From the NCBI GenBank assembly GCA_035529735.1, contig DATKWE010000114.1, forward strand, positions 2,528-66,527: a DNA stretch of 64,000 bases, given 5' to 3'. Each line of letters starts with the position of its first letter. Position 1 is the first letter of the stretch. The notes under the pieces were generated by a model, which was not told the DNA's origin, ran no database searches, and saw only the letters and a list, made by a program, of their open reading frames with translations. The DNA comes from Desulfobacterales bacterium. GTDB lineage: Bacteria; Desulfobacterota; Desulfobacteria; Desulfobacterales; UBA11574. Shown here one piece after another: positions 9,350 to 20,362 of the stretch. A program made the position numbers and the translations under genes.

Positions 9350-9378
9350 TTGACAATGCATATTTTTTGTAATAATTT
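9350..9378 (+). promoter_or_regulatory. sigma70-like promoter for tRNA-Gly (TTGACA, 17 nt spacer, TAATTT)
   Basis: -35 at 9350-9355 and -10 at 9373-9378, about 15 nt upstream of the tRNA 5' end. Confidence 0.5.
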
Positions 9379-9393
9379 CTATTCCGTTAGTTA

Positions 9394-9468
9394 GCGGGCA
9401 TAACTCAGTGGTAGAGTACAAGCTTCCCAAGCTTGGAGTCGCGAGTTCAAATCTCGTTGCCCGCTCCA
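9394..9468 (+). tRNA. tRNA-Gly (anticodon CCC), CCA encoded
   Basis: Cloverleaf read by eye. Acceptor stem GCGGGCA/TGCCCGC, anticodon loop TTCCCAA, T-arm GCGAG-TTCAAAT-CTCGT, discriminator U, then CCA. Confidence 0.9.
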
Positions 9469-9499
9469 CTAAAGGTCGCCTTTTTGTTATATAAGGTTA

Positions 9500-9738
9500 G
9501 AGGCCCTTGAAACGTGTTCAATACCACGGGCAATTCTGCAGGATCGCAAAATTGGAAAGCTGTCAAGCTTCCCGAAAGGGCGAGGAGCATGAACGCCCGA
9601 GTCGACGCGAAAATTTTAACCGCCCCAGTACGATCTGCCGGACCTACGGGGCAGGCAGGAATGCATGGAGTATCTTAAGGATTAAAGTTTGAGACTGACA
9701 CAGGGATTGAACGAAAAGGGGCGTTTTTCAAAGGCCTC
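9500..9738 (+). ncRNA. candidate structured RNA of about 240 nt, closed by a long-range stem (unknown family; 6S-like only as a weak hypothesis)
   Basis: GAGGCCCTTGAAACG (9500-9514) pairs with CGTTTTTCAAAGGCCTC (9722-9738). GTTCAAT (9516-9522) pairs with ATTGAAC (9706-9712). Several internal hairpins are present. There is no convincing ORF. Confidence 0.3.
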
Positions 9739-9857
9739 GGTTGCTGAACGCAGATTTTGGCAATGTAGGTGTGGGTTGGATTTAATTTTTTTCTCATGGG
9801 TAATTAAATGAACAGGTAAAGTTTTTCTATCCACCATAAGATCTACCTGTATGAGAA

Positions 9858-9889
9858 GAAACGGGCGACAGCCCGTTTTTGTTTTTTTT
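9858..9889 (+). terminator. strong rho-independent terminator
   Basis: AAACGGGC-GACA-GCCCGTTT followed by TTGTTTTTTTT. Confidence 0.75.
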
Positions 9890-9984
9890 GGGAGCGCAAG
9901 TTAAAAGGGCATTGAACGGTCAAAGGAAAAAGGAAAACGAGACAGAAAATCAAGGGCAAAAGCCAGGAGCATAACCATCGGTCT

Positions 9985-10455
9985 TTGGCCAATGAGAAGA
10001 AAATTGTCGCCCGGGCAACAGATTTGCTCGAACCGTTGTTCTCAGCCGAGGGGATGGAGTTGATTTGCGTTGAGTATCAGCGTGAGGTGGGCGGCAGGAC
10101 ACTCCGTCTTTACATCGACAGGCCCGGCGGGGTAACCCTTGATGATTGCATATATATAAGCCGTCAGTCGAACGATCTGCTGGATGTATATTTAGAAAAT
10201 ACAGGGCCATACCGTTTGGAAGTTTCATCGCCCGGACCGAATCGACCGCTGGCGAAAAAAACTGATTTTGAGAAATTCAAAGGGAATCGCGTGCAGGTCC
10301 GAACCCGTCGGCCCATTGACGGTAAAAATAAATTCAAAGGTATATTGTTGGGCATTTCGGAAGATCTGGTAAATATATCGATCAATGATCAATCCGTAAC
10401 GATTCCCCATGAGGAAATTATAATGGCCCGGCTAATCGACAAAGGGATACCATAA
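9985..10455 (+). CDS. rimP: ribosome maturation factor RimP
   Basis: 156-aa ORF in the conserved position upstream of nusA-infB. RimP-like sequence (LEPLFSAEGMELICVEYQRE...). The start codon is uncertain (TTG). Confidence 0.85.
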   Translation: MANEKKIVARATDLLEPLFSAEGMELICVEYQREVGGRTLRLYIDRPGGVTLDDCIYISRQSNDLLDVYLENTGPYRLEVSSPGPNRPLAKKTDFEKFKGNRVQVRTRRPIDGKNKFKGILLGISEDLVNISINDQSVTIPHEEIIMARLIDKGIP

Positions 10456-10598
10456 ATTATACGTATACGCCGCCGACAATGAACCCGTTAAACGTCTTTT
10501 GCCAGCGATATCGAGCCCCAAAATGTGCATGGCGCGCAAAACAGACGGTTTGTCAAACTGTTATGTGTGGCTGGAATAAATAATATTGGAGAAAATGA

Positions 10599-12014
10599 AT
10601 GTTTATCTCGGATATCAAACGTGTCGTCGAACAGGTGAGTCGAGACAAGGGTATTGATCGTGACATACTAATCAAGGCCCTTGAAGAGGCACTTGGATCT
10701 GCCGCAAGAAAAAAATTCGGAAACAAGGTCGATGTTGAAGTTCAATACAATGAATCGACCGGTGAAATCGAGGTCTTCCAGTTCAAGGATGTTGCTGAGG
10801 TTGTGACAGAACCCGACATTCAAATCAGCCTTGAAGAGGGACGCAAGTTGGATCCGGAATGTGAAATCGGCGACAGTCTCGGAACAAAAATGGACACCGC
10901 CACCTTTGGTCGTATTGCCGCACAGTCTGCCAAGCAGGTCATCATACAAAAAATGAAAGATGCGGAACGGGATGCGGTCTACGGCAGTTTTATCGACCGA
11001 AAGGGTGAAATAATAAACGGAATTGTCCAGCGCTTCGACCGAGGTGATATTATTGTTAATCTGGGCCAAACAGAAGGCGTCCTTCCGAGTCGGGAACAAA
11101 TCCCCAAGGAATCCTATAGACGGGGGGATCGAATTCGAGCGTTAATCATGGATGTACTTCATGACACACGCGGCCCGCAGATCATTCTTTCGAGAACGCA
11201 TCCTGAATTTCTGACTGCGCTTTTTAAAACAGAAGTGCCCGAGATTAATGAAGGGATCGTTACCATTATGGGTGCGGCCCGGGAACCTGGAATCCGGGCA
11301 AAATTTTCGGTGGCTTCAAACGATTCTGATATAGACCCGGTCGGCGCCTGTGTCGGCATGAAAGGCAGTCGTGTTCAGAACGTGGTTCAGGAGCTCAGGG
11401 GTGAAAAAATAGATATTATACCCTGGCATATCGATCCTGCAAAATTTGTGTGCAAGGCACTTTCACCTGCCGAAATATCCAGAGTGATTATCGATGAGGA
11501 AAATAATTCCATGGAGGTCATTGTCCCGGATGAATTCCTTTCAATCGCCATCGGGAAAAAAGGACAAAACGTCCGGCTGGCTTCGAAACTGACGAAATGG
11601 CATCTTGATGTCATCAGTGAAACACGATACAGCAATGCGATGCAAGACGGATATGACTCTCTTGTATCGATGCCGGATATTGGAATTAGTTTGGCGGACG
11701 CACTGTATGAAAAGGGCTTTTTTTCTGCAGAGGAACTCAGCACCGCTTCTGTGGAAGATCTAACCCAAATAAGAGATATTACTGAAGAAGACGCCATCCG
11801 ACTTATTGAAGCCGCGAAAGCCCATTTGTTGAGCATGGATGAGGTCGATGAAACATCCAAGGAGGCTTTAGCGAACGGGGAACACGATGACCATGGAACT
11901 TCAGACGGTTCGGATGTGCCCAAAGCCTCTGAAGAAAAATCGATTAATGACGAAAATACATCCGGACAAGTTTTACCGCCGGATAATGAGGGATCAGATC
12001 CCATCGATCCGTGA
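10599..12014 (+). CDS. nusA: transcription termination/antitermination factor NusA
   Basis: 471-aa ORF with S1 and KH regions (GDIIVNLGQTEGVLP, IDPVGACVGMKGSRVQ) and an acidic C-terminal tail. Confidence 0.95.
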   Translation: MFISDIKRVVEQVSRDKGIDRDILIKALEEALGSAARKKFGNKVDVEVQYNESTGEIEVFQFKDVAEVVTEPDIQISLEEGRKLDPECEIGDSLGTKMDTATFGRIAAQSAKQVIIQKMKDAERDAVYGSFIDRKGEIINGIVQRFDRGDIIVNLGQTEGVLPSREQIPKESYRRGDRIRALIMDVLHDTRGPQIILSRTHPEFLTALFKTEVPEINEGIVTIMGAAREPGIRAKFSVASNDSDIDPVGACVGMKGSRVQNVVQELRGEKIDIIPWHIDPAKFVCKALSPAEISRVIIDEENNSMEVIVPDEFLSIAIGKKGQNVRLASKLTKWHLDVISETRYSNAMQDGYDSLVSMPDIGISLADALYEKGFFSAEELSTASVEDLTQIRDITEEDAIRLIEAAKAHLLSMDEVDETSKEALANGEHDDHGTSDGSDVPKASEEKSINDENTSGQVLPPDNEGSDPIDP

Positions 12015-12125
12015 GAATAATGCTCTTGCTAAAGCACTCAAAAACTGCAAATTAAAGAAATTCGATTAAGGGGGAAAGACTTTGTTCGAGGATTTCCTCT
12101 CAATTCTAACCAACAGGGAGGATGG

Positions 12126-14807
12126 ATGGCAAAGATCAGATTATATGAACTTGCCAGGGATCTTAACATGACCAATAACGTGCTGCTCGAAAAAGTGCGG
12201 GGTATGGACATTCAGGTAAAAAGCCATATGAGTTCTCTGGATGACGATACATTGGCTAAGATCAAAAAAAATATTCTTGGAATATCGGCCAAGGAGATAG
12301 AAGAAACACGTATAAAGCCGACAATTATCCGGAGACGCAAAAAACGCGTCCAGGAAGTGCCTATTCGTGTAGAAGCGGATGCAAAACCGGAATCTCTGCC
12401 CGAAGAAAAAGAAATTGCGGATCAACCCGCTGAAAAAGTTCTTAAAGATACAGAACACGCGGCCGAAAAAGAACCCCAAGAGGAGAAAAAACAAGATGCT
12501 GCTGAAATGGCGACTGAGATGAAAGCGGTCTCAGAACAAAAACTCCTGAAAAAAGTTGATGCCCCTGAAGACAATATTACACCGACCGCCCTTACAAAAG
12601 AGGAAGGGAAACCCGAAAAGGTTGTCAAGCCGTTAAAACGGAAGAAACGACCTAGAAAATTCTCAAAAGAGACGCCGGCAAAAATTATAAAACTCCCAGT
12701 AACGCCGCAGCCTGTAAAAAAAGCACCTGAGATTAAAAAAAGCCAGGTTTCTGAACTTAAAGCGAAAGTGACAAAAACACCTGAACCCTTAAAAGACAAG
12801 CCTGAAACCAGAGTATCCGTCATAGATGTGCCTGGAAAAGACCAAAAAAAGAAGGCAAAACCGGAACAAAAGGATGGAGAAGGCCTTAGGGATAAAAAGT
12901 TTTTCAAAAAGAAAATCTCCTTCCGCAAAAAGGAGGTTGTCGAAGGGGCGGATCTATACACCCGAGCGCATCGAACCCGCAAAGGCCGGAAGATGGCCAA
13001 GGGAAAAATAACGGTATCCAAGCAAAAACCGTTGATAACCATACCCAAAGCCATTAAACGCCGGGTAAAAATTGATGACACCATCGCCCTGTCTGATCTG
13101 GCAAAACGTATGGGGATAAAAGCCAGTGAAATGATCAAAAAACTGATGGATCTGGGGGTTATGGCAACGGTTAATCAAATCATAGACTTTGATACCGCTG
13201 TCCTTGTCGCGGGAGAATTCGATTATGAACTGGAAAAAGCCTCTTTTGAAGAAGACGTGGTGTTAAAGGTAGAAGAGGATGACCCCGACAAACTCATATC
13301 CAAACCACCGGTGGTTACCATAATGGGACATGTGGATCATGGCAAGACATCTCTTCTCGATGTGATCCGAAAAACCAAAGTCACCGAAAATGAAGCCGGA
13401 GGTATTACACAACACATCGGAGCCTATCATGTCGTAACCGACAAAGGACAGATTGTCTTTCTGGATACGCCGGGGCATGAAGCGTTTACTGAAATGCGGT
13501 CCCGCGGCGCCAAGATCACGGATCTGGTGATTCTTGTTGTCGCCGCCGACGACGGCGTCATGCCCCAAACCGTGGAAGCGATTAACCACGCCAAAGTCGC
13601 GGGAGTGCCGATCATTGTGGCCATCAATAAAATTGACAAACCGGACGCCGATCCCGAGCGTGTCCAGCGTGAACTTGCCGATGTGGGACTTGTGCGTGAG
13701 GATTGGGGGGGCGATACCATCTTCGTCCAGGTTTCTGCTAAGGAGAATCGGGGGATTGACAATCTGCTTGAAATGGTGCTCCTCCAGGCTGAAATCTTGG
13801 AACTTAAAGCCAACCCGGATCGGCTGGCCCAGGGCCACGTGATTGAATCCAAGCTGGATGCGGGCAGAGGCCCTGTCGCCACTGTCCTGGTGCAACAAGG
13901 GACCCTTAAGCTCCACGACTCTGTGGTCTGTGGGATACACTACGGTAAAGTCCGTGCCTTGCTGAACGATAGAGGGAAACAGCTAACGTCTGCCGGTCCG
14001 TCAATTCCGGTGGAAATCATCGGTCTTTCCGGTGTTCCCCACGCAGGGGATGAAATGATTGCCCTGGCAGACGAGAAAGACGCAAAGCAGGTTAGTGCGC
14101 ATCGAATTCAGAAGCAGCGATCAAAAGAACTGACCAAAACCAGCAGATTAAGCCTGGAAAAACTTTATGAGCAGCTGCAGAAGAATCAAGTCAAAGCTCT
14201 GAACCTCATTATAAAGGCCGATGTTCACGGTTCCATCGAGGCCCTTACCGATGCATTGACAAAACTTTCCAACGAGGAAGTCCGAATCAATGTGATCCAC
14301 TCAGCGACCGGCGCTTTGAACGAATCGGATATTTCCCTTGCCGCGGTTTCCAATGCCATCATTATCGGTTTCAATATCCGTCCGAGCTCAAAAATCCAGA
14401 CGCTGGCCAGTGAAGAAAATGTAGACATACGGTTTTATAACATCATTTACAATATCATCAAAGACATCAAGGGCGCCATCGTCGGCATGATGTCGTCTAC
14501 CTTTGAAGAAAGGACCCTGGGCAGAGCTGAAGTGCGGGAAGTATTCCACATCCCCAAACTCGGAACCGTCGCAGGCTGCTATGTAACCGACGGCAAAATA
14601 GAGCGGGGACAGCTCGCGCGCATCCTGAGAGATTGGGTGGTTTCTTATGAAGGCAAGATTGCTTCCCTTCGGCATTTCAAAGACGACACTAAAGAAGTAC
14701 AAAGCGGCTATGAATGCGGAATCGGAATAAAAAATTACAATGATATCAAAATTGGCGATATCATCGAATGCTACTACTTGGAAGAGATTAAGCCTGAACT
14801 CGAGTAG
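12126..14807 (+). CDS. infB: translation initiation factor IF-2
   Basis: 893-aa ORF with a K/E/P-rich N-terminal region and the GTPase motifs [20 protein letters not shown] and NKIDK. Confidence 0.95.
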   Translation: MAKIRLYELARDLNMTNNVLLEKVRGMDIQVKSHMSSLDDDTLAKIKKNILGISAKEIEETRIKPTIIRRRKKRVQEVPIRVEADAKPESLPEEKEIADQPAEKVLKDTEHAAEKEPQEEKKQDAAEMATEMKAVSEQKLLKKVDAPEDNITPTALTKEEGKPEKVVKPLKRKKRPRKFSKETPAKIIKLPVTPQPVKKAPEIKKSQVSELKAKVTKTPEPLKDKPETRVSVIDVPGKDQKKKAKPEQKDGEGLRDKKFFKKKISFRKKEVVEGADLYTRAHRTRKGRKMAKGKITVSKQKPLITIPKAIKRRVKIDDTIALSDLAKRMGIKASEMIKKLMDLGVMATVNQIIDFDTAVLVAGEFDYELEKASFEEDVVLKVEEDDPDKLISKPPVVTIMGHVDHGKTSLLDVIRKTKVTENEAGGITQHIGAYHVVTDKGQIVFLDTPGHEAFTEMRSRGAKITDLVILVVAADDGVMPQTVEAINHAKVAGVPIIVAINKIDKPDADPERVQRELADVGLVREDWGGDTIFVQVSAKENRGIDNLLEMVLLQAEILELKANPDRLAQGHVIESKLDAGRGPVATVLVQQGTLKLHDSVVCGIHYGKVRALLNDRGKQLTSAGPSIPVEIIGLSGVPHAGDEMIALADEKDAKQVSAHRIQKQRSKELTKTSRLSLEKLYEQLQKNQVKALNLIIKADVHGSIEALTDALTKLSNEEVRINVIHSATGALNESDISLAAVSNAIIIGFNIRPSSKIQTLASEENVDIRFYNIIYNIIKDIKGAIVGMMSSTFEERTLGRAEVREVFHIPKLGTVAGCYVTDGKIERGQLARILRDWVVSYEGKIASLRHFKDDTKEVQSGYECGIGIKNYNDIKIGDIIECYYLEEIKPELE

Positions 14808-14971
14808 CGTCCCTTGGGCCTGCGGCCGTGCTCCGCTGCTAATTTTGGATAGATGGCGTTATTGGGAGCTTGTTTATAAATTTTGTGATTTTTGGTTTCG
14901 GTGGGTCCGGATTGGACGTGATGAAAAACGCAGAAAAAGTGTCAAGCGTTTTTGAAGACAGTGAGCGTATT

Positions 14972-15259
14972 ATGGTAGCAGGCTTAGGGATCATCACATT
15001 TAGACTGCATGACTGCCGCTCTTTAAAAGGTAAGCGTAAGGTCGTAAAATCGATTATCGGTCAGTTGCGTAATCATTTTAATGTTTCGGTGGCAGAGGTT
15101 GGATCAAACGATATCCACCAAAGGGCTGTAATAGGATTTGCCATGGTGGGAAATAATCGAGGGGTCATCAACTCGAAAATAGACAAAATTTTCAATCTGG
15201 TGGAAGCGCTGAATCTGGCGGAGGTCATCGACAGTGAAATGGAAATTATCAATCTATGA
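14972..15259 (+). CDS. DUF503-family protein (YlxP-like)
   Basis: Conserved small gene between infB and rbfA. The ORF is open from 14870; alternative starts at 14921 or 14972. Its stop overlaps the rbfA start (ATGA). Confidence 0.65.
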   Translation: MVAGLGIITFRLHDCRSLKGKRKVVKSIIGQLRNHFNVSVAEVGSNDIHQRAVIGFAMVGNNRGVINSKIDKIFNLVEALNLAEVIDSEMEIINL

Positions 15260-15636
15260 AACCATTTGCACGATCTGACAGAGTTTGCGGTCACATACAA
15301 AAAGCGCTGTCTGATATCTTGCTGAAAAAGATTAAAGATCCTCGTCTTGAATCCGCGACCATTACAAACGTAAAGATGTCACGAGATTTAAGGATTGCTC
15401 GGATCTACTTTGCGACAACCGGCAACAAAAAAAATGCCGAGGAAGCGCTTGAAGGATTTAAGAGCGCCATTGGATATGTAAAACGCACGCTGGCCGGTCA
15501 GCTGGGGTTACGTTATATGCCGGATCTTAGATTTTTTTACGATGAATCCTTTGATTACGGATCACATATCGATAAAATTCTGAAGGATGTTAAAGCGGAT
15601 AATGGATTTAATCATACGTCATTTAAAGAAGAGTAG
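15256..15636 (+). CDS. rbfA: ribosome-binding factor A
   Basis: 126-aa ORF with the RbfA signature (RVCGHIQKALSDILLKKIKDPRL...ITNVKMSRDLRIARIYF). Confidence 0.9.
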   Translation: MKPFARSDRVCGHIQKALSDILLKKIKDPRLESATITNVKMSRDLRIARIYFATTGNKKNAEEALEGFKSAIGYVKRTLAGQLGLRYMPDLRFFYDESFDYGSHIDKILKDVKADNGFNHTSFKEE

Positions 15637-16570
15637 CCATATTTTAGTTGCCACTCACACGAACCCTGACGGCGATGCCATCGGATCTCTCATCGCCATG
15701 GGGCTTTCTCTGAACGCATTGAATAAAAAAACAACCTTATACAGTGAAAGTCCCATACCGGCTGTGTACCGTTTTCTTCCGGAAGTTCATCGTGTCACAC
15801 ATCACATAAACAGCGCTGATTACGATCTGGCCGTTATTCTTGATTGCGGAAACCTGCAACGGATCGGAACGGCTGTTTCGGCGGTCAGTCGGATACCGGT
15901 CATTGCCAACATCGACCACCATATCACAAACACCGGTTTCGGCCATCTTCAACTCATAGACACATCTGCATGTGCCACGGCGGAAATCATATACAAACTG
16001 ATAAAACAGATGGACATCCCCATTGATAGAGCAATCGCCACTTCAATATATACCGGCATTCTTGCGGATACCGGTTCTTTTCGGTTTTCAAATACAAACA
16101 GAGCGGCTTTTGCAATCAGCCAAGAAATGGTGGAATTGGGCGTCGATCCGTACGACATCGCCCAGCATGTATACGGTACATATTCACTGAGTCGAATAAA
16201 GCTTTTGAATTTAGCCCTTGACTCGATTGAAATTTCAAAAAACGGGAAACTGTCAATCATGACACTGACCCAGGACATGTTCGACGAAACCCATACGCAG
16301 CCCGAAGACGTGGACGGCCTTATTAATTATGCAAAACGCATAAAGGATGTTAAAGTCGCAGCACTCATACAGGAGAACCGGAACGGCTTAGAAAAATCAA
16401 AAAATCCCAGCCGGTTTCATGTCAGCCTCCGTTCCGATGGAACCATCGATGTTGCGCTTATCGCATCTTCGTTCGGTGGGGGCGGCCATTCCAGTGCTGC
16501 CGGGTTTAACATTGAGTCGACACTTTCCGATATTAAATCACAAATTTTACGCTTGGCGGATGAAATATGA
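15602..16570 (+). CDS. DHH/DHHA1 phosphoesterase (NrnA-like oligoribonuclease / pAp phosphatase)
   Basis: Motifs ATHTNPDGDAIGS, DHH and GGGGHSSAAG. An alternative start lies at 15587. Confidence 0.8.
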   Translation: MDLIIRHLKKSSHILVATHTNPDGDAIGSLIAMGLSLNALNKKTTLYSESPIPAVYRFLPEVHRVTHHINSADYDLAVILDCGNLQRIGTAVSAVSRIPVIANIDHHITNTGFGHLQLIDTSACATAEIIYKLIKQMDIPIDRAIATSIYTGILADTGSFRFSNTNRAAFAISQEMVELGVDPYDIAQHVYGTYSLSRIKLLNLALDSIEISKNGKLSIMTLTQDMFDETHTQPEDVDGLINYAKRIKDVKVAALIQENRNGLEKSKNPSRFHVSLRSDGTIDVALIASSFGGGGHSSAAGFNIESTLSDIKSQILRLADEI

Positions 16571-16716
16571 TTTAAAACCCGGGCAAACGATTTTGGAAGG
16601 TTTTTAATTAGGACGTTCCGTTTAAAGCGGGATTCAAAAAAAGGAGATTTTTATATCATTAAATTAAAATGCACGCGGGTCTTAGCCCGTATTTCTCACG
16701 GGCTTGGGTTGGAGAT

Positions 16717-17631
16717 ATGCACCGAGAATTAAGCGGGGTTTTAGTTGTTGATAAACCAGCAGATATGACCTCCGCTAAGGTTGTGGCCCGTGTGAAGAAG
16801 TTGCTCGGCGCAAGAAAAGCAGGACACACCGGAACACTCGACCCGTTTGCGACCGGTGTACTTGTATGTTGTATCAACCGTGCCACAAAGCTTTCCGGTT
16901 TTTTCCTGCACGGCAAAAAAAAATACGAGGGTGTTCTTCACCTCGGCATTGAAACAGATACACAGGATTCCACCGGGAATATCACGGCCACGTGTGATGA
17001 TATAAAATTTTCTGAAAAAGCAATACGATCGGCATTTGAGCGGTTTGAGGGAACCATAGAGCAATTTCCGCCGGTTTATTCGGCCTTAAAATTTAAAGGG
17101 ATTCCGCTTTACAAGCTTGCCCGAAGCAACAGGCCTGTACAGAAACCGGCAAGACGTGTTTCTATACTATACATTAAAATATTTGAAATTAAGTTGCCGC
17201 TCATACGTTTCGAGGTCGCCTGCTCGGCAGGAACATACATCAGAACACTCTGTGCAGACATCGGCGCATCCCTTGGGTGCGGGGGCCACCTTAAAGAATT
17301 AAAGCGGATCGAAAGTAGCGGATTTACCCTTTCGGAGGCGGCAACATTACAAGAACTTGAGGATCTGGCCGTATCCGGGAAATTATTCGACCGGATCATA
17401 CGGATGTCAAACGCTCTGGAGGACATGCCGGCATATATTGCCGACAAGGTTTTAGAAAAAAAAATAATGCACGGCAATATCCTAACAAAAAATGATTTCC
17501 GGTATGAACCCAACGATATTCCGGAAAGTTTTATCAAGATCCTCGATACAAACAATGATCTTATTGCCGTACTAAAGTATTCAAAAGACAAGAATAGATA
17601 CAAGTATCGCTGCGTACTCAATGCCAAATGA
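16717..17631 (+). CDS. truB: tRNA pseudouridine(55) synthase TruB
   Basis: GVLVVDKPADMTS...GHTGTLDPFATGVL motif. The ORF is open from 16669. Confidence 0.9.
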   Translation: MHRELSGVLVVDKPADMTSAKVVARVKKLLGARKAGHTGTLDPFATGVLVCCINRATKLSGFFLHGKKKYEGVLHLGIETDTQDSTGNITATCDDIKFSEKAIRSAFERFEGTIEQFPPVYSALKFKGIPLYKLARSNRPVQKPARRVSILYIKIFEIKLPLIRFEVACSAGTYIRTLCADIGASLGCGGHLKELKRIESSGFTLSEAATLQELEDLAVSGKLFDRIIRMSNALEDMPAYIADKVLEKKIMHGNILTKNDFRYEPNDIPESFIKILDTNNDLIAVLKYSKDKNRYKYRCVLNAK

Positions 17632-17683
17632 GCGAAAACAACGCTAAGAAAAACCATAATAATAAAAGAGGAGGCAAAATAAA

Positions 17684-17953
17684 TTGGTTTTGACATCAAA
17701 AGAGAAAAAGGATTTGATTGAGCAATTCAAACTGCACGAAGATGATACCGGTTCGCCCGAAGTACAGGTCGGACTCCTGACCCATCGGATTTCTTACCTT
17801 ACAGAGCACTTAAAGGTTCACAAAAAAGATCATCACTCCAGAAGGGGGCTCTTGATTCTCGTTGGCAGAAGACGCAGACTCTTAAACTACGTAAAAAATA
17901 AAGATGTAAAACGATACCGTACAATCATCGAGACCCTGGGGCTAAGACGATAA
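17684..17953 (+). CDS. rpsO: 30S ribosomal protein S15
   Basis: 89-aa ORF with a TTG start after AGGAGG. Sequence ...[34 protein letters not shown]. Confidence 0.95.
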   Translation: MVLTSKEKKDLIEQFKLHEDDTGSPEVQVGLLTHRISYLTEHLKVHKKDHHSRRGLLILVGRRRRLLNYVKNKDVKRYRTIIETLGLRR

Positions 17954-18267
17954 ATCATATTATATGCCGGCATATCTCAACAGCAGTTGATAAACGGTTC
18001 AGGCTGGAAGATGCCTGCATTTTCAATCGAGCACAAGATAGCACCAAAGAACTTTACCTTTATAACGGCACAAGTTCTATTAACCCTGCCATCGGCAATC
18101 GAACGAACGAAAATTTTCATGAAGAATTTTACGATGCCCTGGAAATGAACACATAGAATTCATGGGAAATCCGTGCTAAAATTTTGCAGTCTTTTTCCGC
18201 TGAAAGAAAAGGCTCAAGTTGCTGTACGGTCACAGATTTGAAGCTGTTTGGCTTTAAGGAGACATAT

Positions 18268-20361
18268 ATGGAAACTTTATTTAAAACAGAAATCGGAGGC
18301 AAAACTCTGAGTATTGAGACCGGCAAACTTGCCAAGCAGGCTTCGGGTTCGGTTGTGGTTCAATACGGAGATACCCTTGTGCTTGTGGCAGCTGTATCTT
18401 CTTATGAAGAACGCTCGGTGACTTTTTTACCCCTCACCGTTGAGTATCAGGAAAAGGGTTATGCGGCGGGCCGTATTCCCGGAAATTATTTCAGGCGTGA
18501 AATCGGCAGACCCAGTGAAAAAGAGACCCTGACCGCCCGTCTCATCGACCGACCCATCCGGCCGCTCTTCCCCAAAGGGTATTGCTGTGAAACTCAAATT
18601 ATTGCAACGGTACTGTCCATGGACAAGGAAAACGATCCCGACATTCTGGCAATGATCGGCGCGTCTGCCGCACTTGAAATATCAGACATTCCGTTTGCAG
18701 GACCGATTGCATGTGTACGTGTCGGTCGGATAGACGGTCAATTAATCGTCAACCCCACCGTCAACGAATACGAAAATTCTGACATCAACATCATCGTTGC
18801 CGGGTCAAAAAGCGGTGTCGTTATGGTAGAAGGCGGTGGTGATATTGTAAATGAGTCAGACATGCTGGAAGCCATCTTTTTCGGCCACCAAGCGATGCAG
18901 CCGATTATAGATATGCAGATAAAACTCAAGGAGATCCATGGGGTGCCGAAACGGCCCTATATAGCGCCTGAAAGAGATGCAGAACTTGTCCAAACAGTTG
19001 AGCAAAAAGCATCTTCAAGGATATATGAAGCCCTGACAACATCCGGCAAAATTCAACGCAATGCCGCGCTTCGCGCCGCAAAATCGGATATATTCGAAGA
19101 GTTGGGAGAAGCGTACGCGGATCGGAGGAACCAAGTAAATGACATATTAAACGACCTCCTGAAAAAATTTAGCAGGAACATAGTCCTTGAAGAAAGACGC
19201 CGTATCGATAACAGAAAATTCGATGAAATAAGACCCATTGACTGTGAAGTCGGCATATTAAACAGGCCCCACGGCAGTGCCCTCTTTACGCGGGGAGAAA
19301 CCCAGGTGCTCAGCGTGCTGACCCTTGGATCGGGTCGGGACGAGCAGCGGGTGGAAACCTTAATCGGAGAAGAACTCAGGCCTTTTATGCTCCATTACAA
19401 TTTTCCGCCATTTTCGGTTGGAGAAGTGAGGCGAATTGGGGGACCGAGCCGAAGAGATATCGGCCATGGCGGACTGTCCACTCGAGCCATAGAAAAAGTT
19501 CTGCCGGACAAGGAAGATTTCGATTATACCATCCGCCTTGTCTCGGAGGTTTTGGAATCCAACGGTTCTTCGTCCATGGGTACCGTATGTTCGGGCATCA
19601 TGGCGCTCATGGACGGCGGTGTTCCCATCAAGGCGCCGGTATCCGGCATTGCAATGGGACTCGTAAAGGAAGGAGACGATATCGTTATCCTGTCTGATAT
19701 TCTTGGAGATGAAGATCACTCGGGTGATATGGATTTTAAAGTTGCCGGCACAAGCGAAGGCATAACTGCGCTCCAGATGGATATCAAAATCCCTGAACTC
19801 ACCAGAGATATCATGGAAAAAGCCCTTGAACAGGCCCGTGTCGGACGGCTTTTTATCCTTGAAAAAATGATAGAAGCCATTGATTTACCTCGCAAGGAAA
19901 TTTCTCAGTATGCGCCTAAAATAATTACCATCAAGATTAATCCCGATAAGATTCGCGAAATCATCGGACCGGGTGGTAAAATCATCAGAGCCATTCAATC
20001 TGAAACCAATACAAAAATTGAAATAGATGATTTGGGCCTGGTCAAAATTGCTGCTTTATCCCAAGAAGAAGGGGCCGCCGCTTTAAAGATGATCAATGAA
20101 ATTATCATTGAACCCGAAGTTGGAAAGATTTACGAAGGCACCGTTGTAAAAATCATGGACTTTGGGGCTTTTGTCCAGATACTCCCCAACGTTGACGGTC
20201 TTGTACATATCTCACAACTCGCGGCGCACCGCGTAAACAAGGTGACGGATATTGTTAAGGAAGGAGACCAAATTAAAGTCAAGGTTCTCGAGATCAGCAG
20301 AGATGGGAAAATCCGCCTGAGTTACAAAGACGTTCTGGAAGAAGAAAAACAGGCCGAATAA
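18268..20361 (+). CDS. pnp: polyribonucleotide nucleotidyltransferase (PNPase)
   Basis: ATG at 18268 preceded by AAGGAG; the ORF-track start at 18184 is an upstream extension. RNase PH, KH and S1 domains are recognisable. Confidence 0.95.
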   Translation: METLFKTEIGGKTLSIETGKLAKQASGSVVVQYGDTLVLVAAVSSYEERSVTFLPLTVEYQEKGYAAGRIPGNYFRREIGRPSEKETLTARLIDRPIRPLFPKGYCCETQIIATVLSMDKENDPDILAMIGASAALEISDIPFAGPIACVRVGRIDGQLIVNPTVNEYENSDINIIVAGSKSGVVMVEGGGDIVNESDMLEAIFFGHQAMQPIIDMQIKLKEIHGVPKRPYIAPERDAELVQTVEQKASSRIYEALTTSGKIQRNAALRAAKSDIFEELGEAYADRRNQVNDILNDLLKKFSRNIVLEERRRIDNRKFDEIRPIDCEVGILNRPHGSALFTRGETQVLSVLTLGSGRDEQRVETLIGEELRPFMLHYNFPPFSVGEVRRIGGPSRRDIGHGGLSTRAIEKVLPDKEDFDYTIRLVSEVLESNGSSSMGTVCSGIMALMDGGVPIKAPVSGIAMGLVKEGDDIVILSDILGDEDHSGDMDFKVAGTSEGITALQMDIKIPELTRDIMEKALEQARVGRLFILEKMIEAIDLPRKEISQYAPKIITIKINPDKIREIIGPGGKIIRAIQSETNTKIEIDDLGLVKIAALSQEEGAAALKMINEIIIEPEVGKIYEGTVVKIMDFGAFVQILPNVDGLVHISQLAAHRVNKVTDIVKEGDQIKVKVLEISRDGKIRLSYKDVLEEEKQAE

Positions 20362-20362
20362 A

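Noticed and set aside
9507-9692. 61-aa ORF in the tRNA-rimP spacer
   Set aside because: It has no SD, its composition is basic and nonsense-like, and it lies inside a region better explained by RNA secondary structure.
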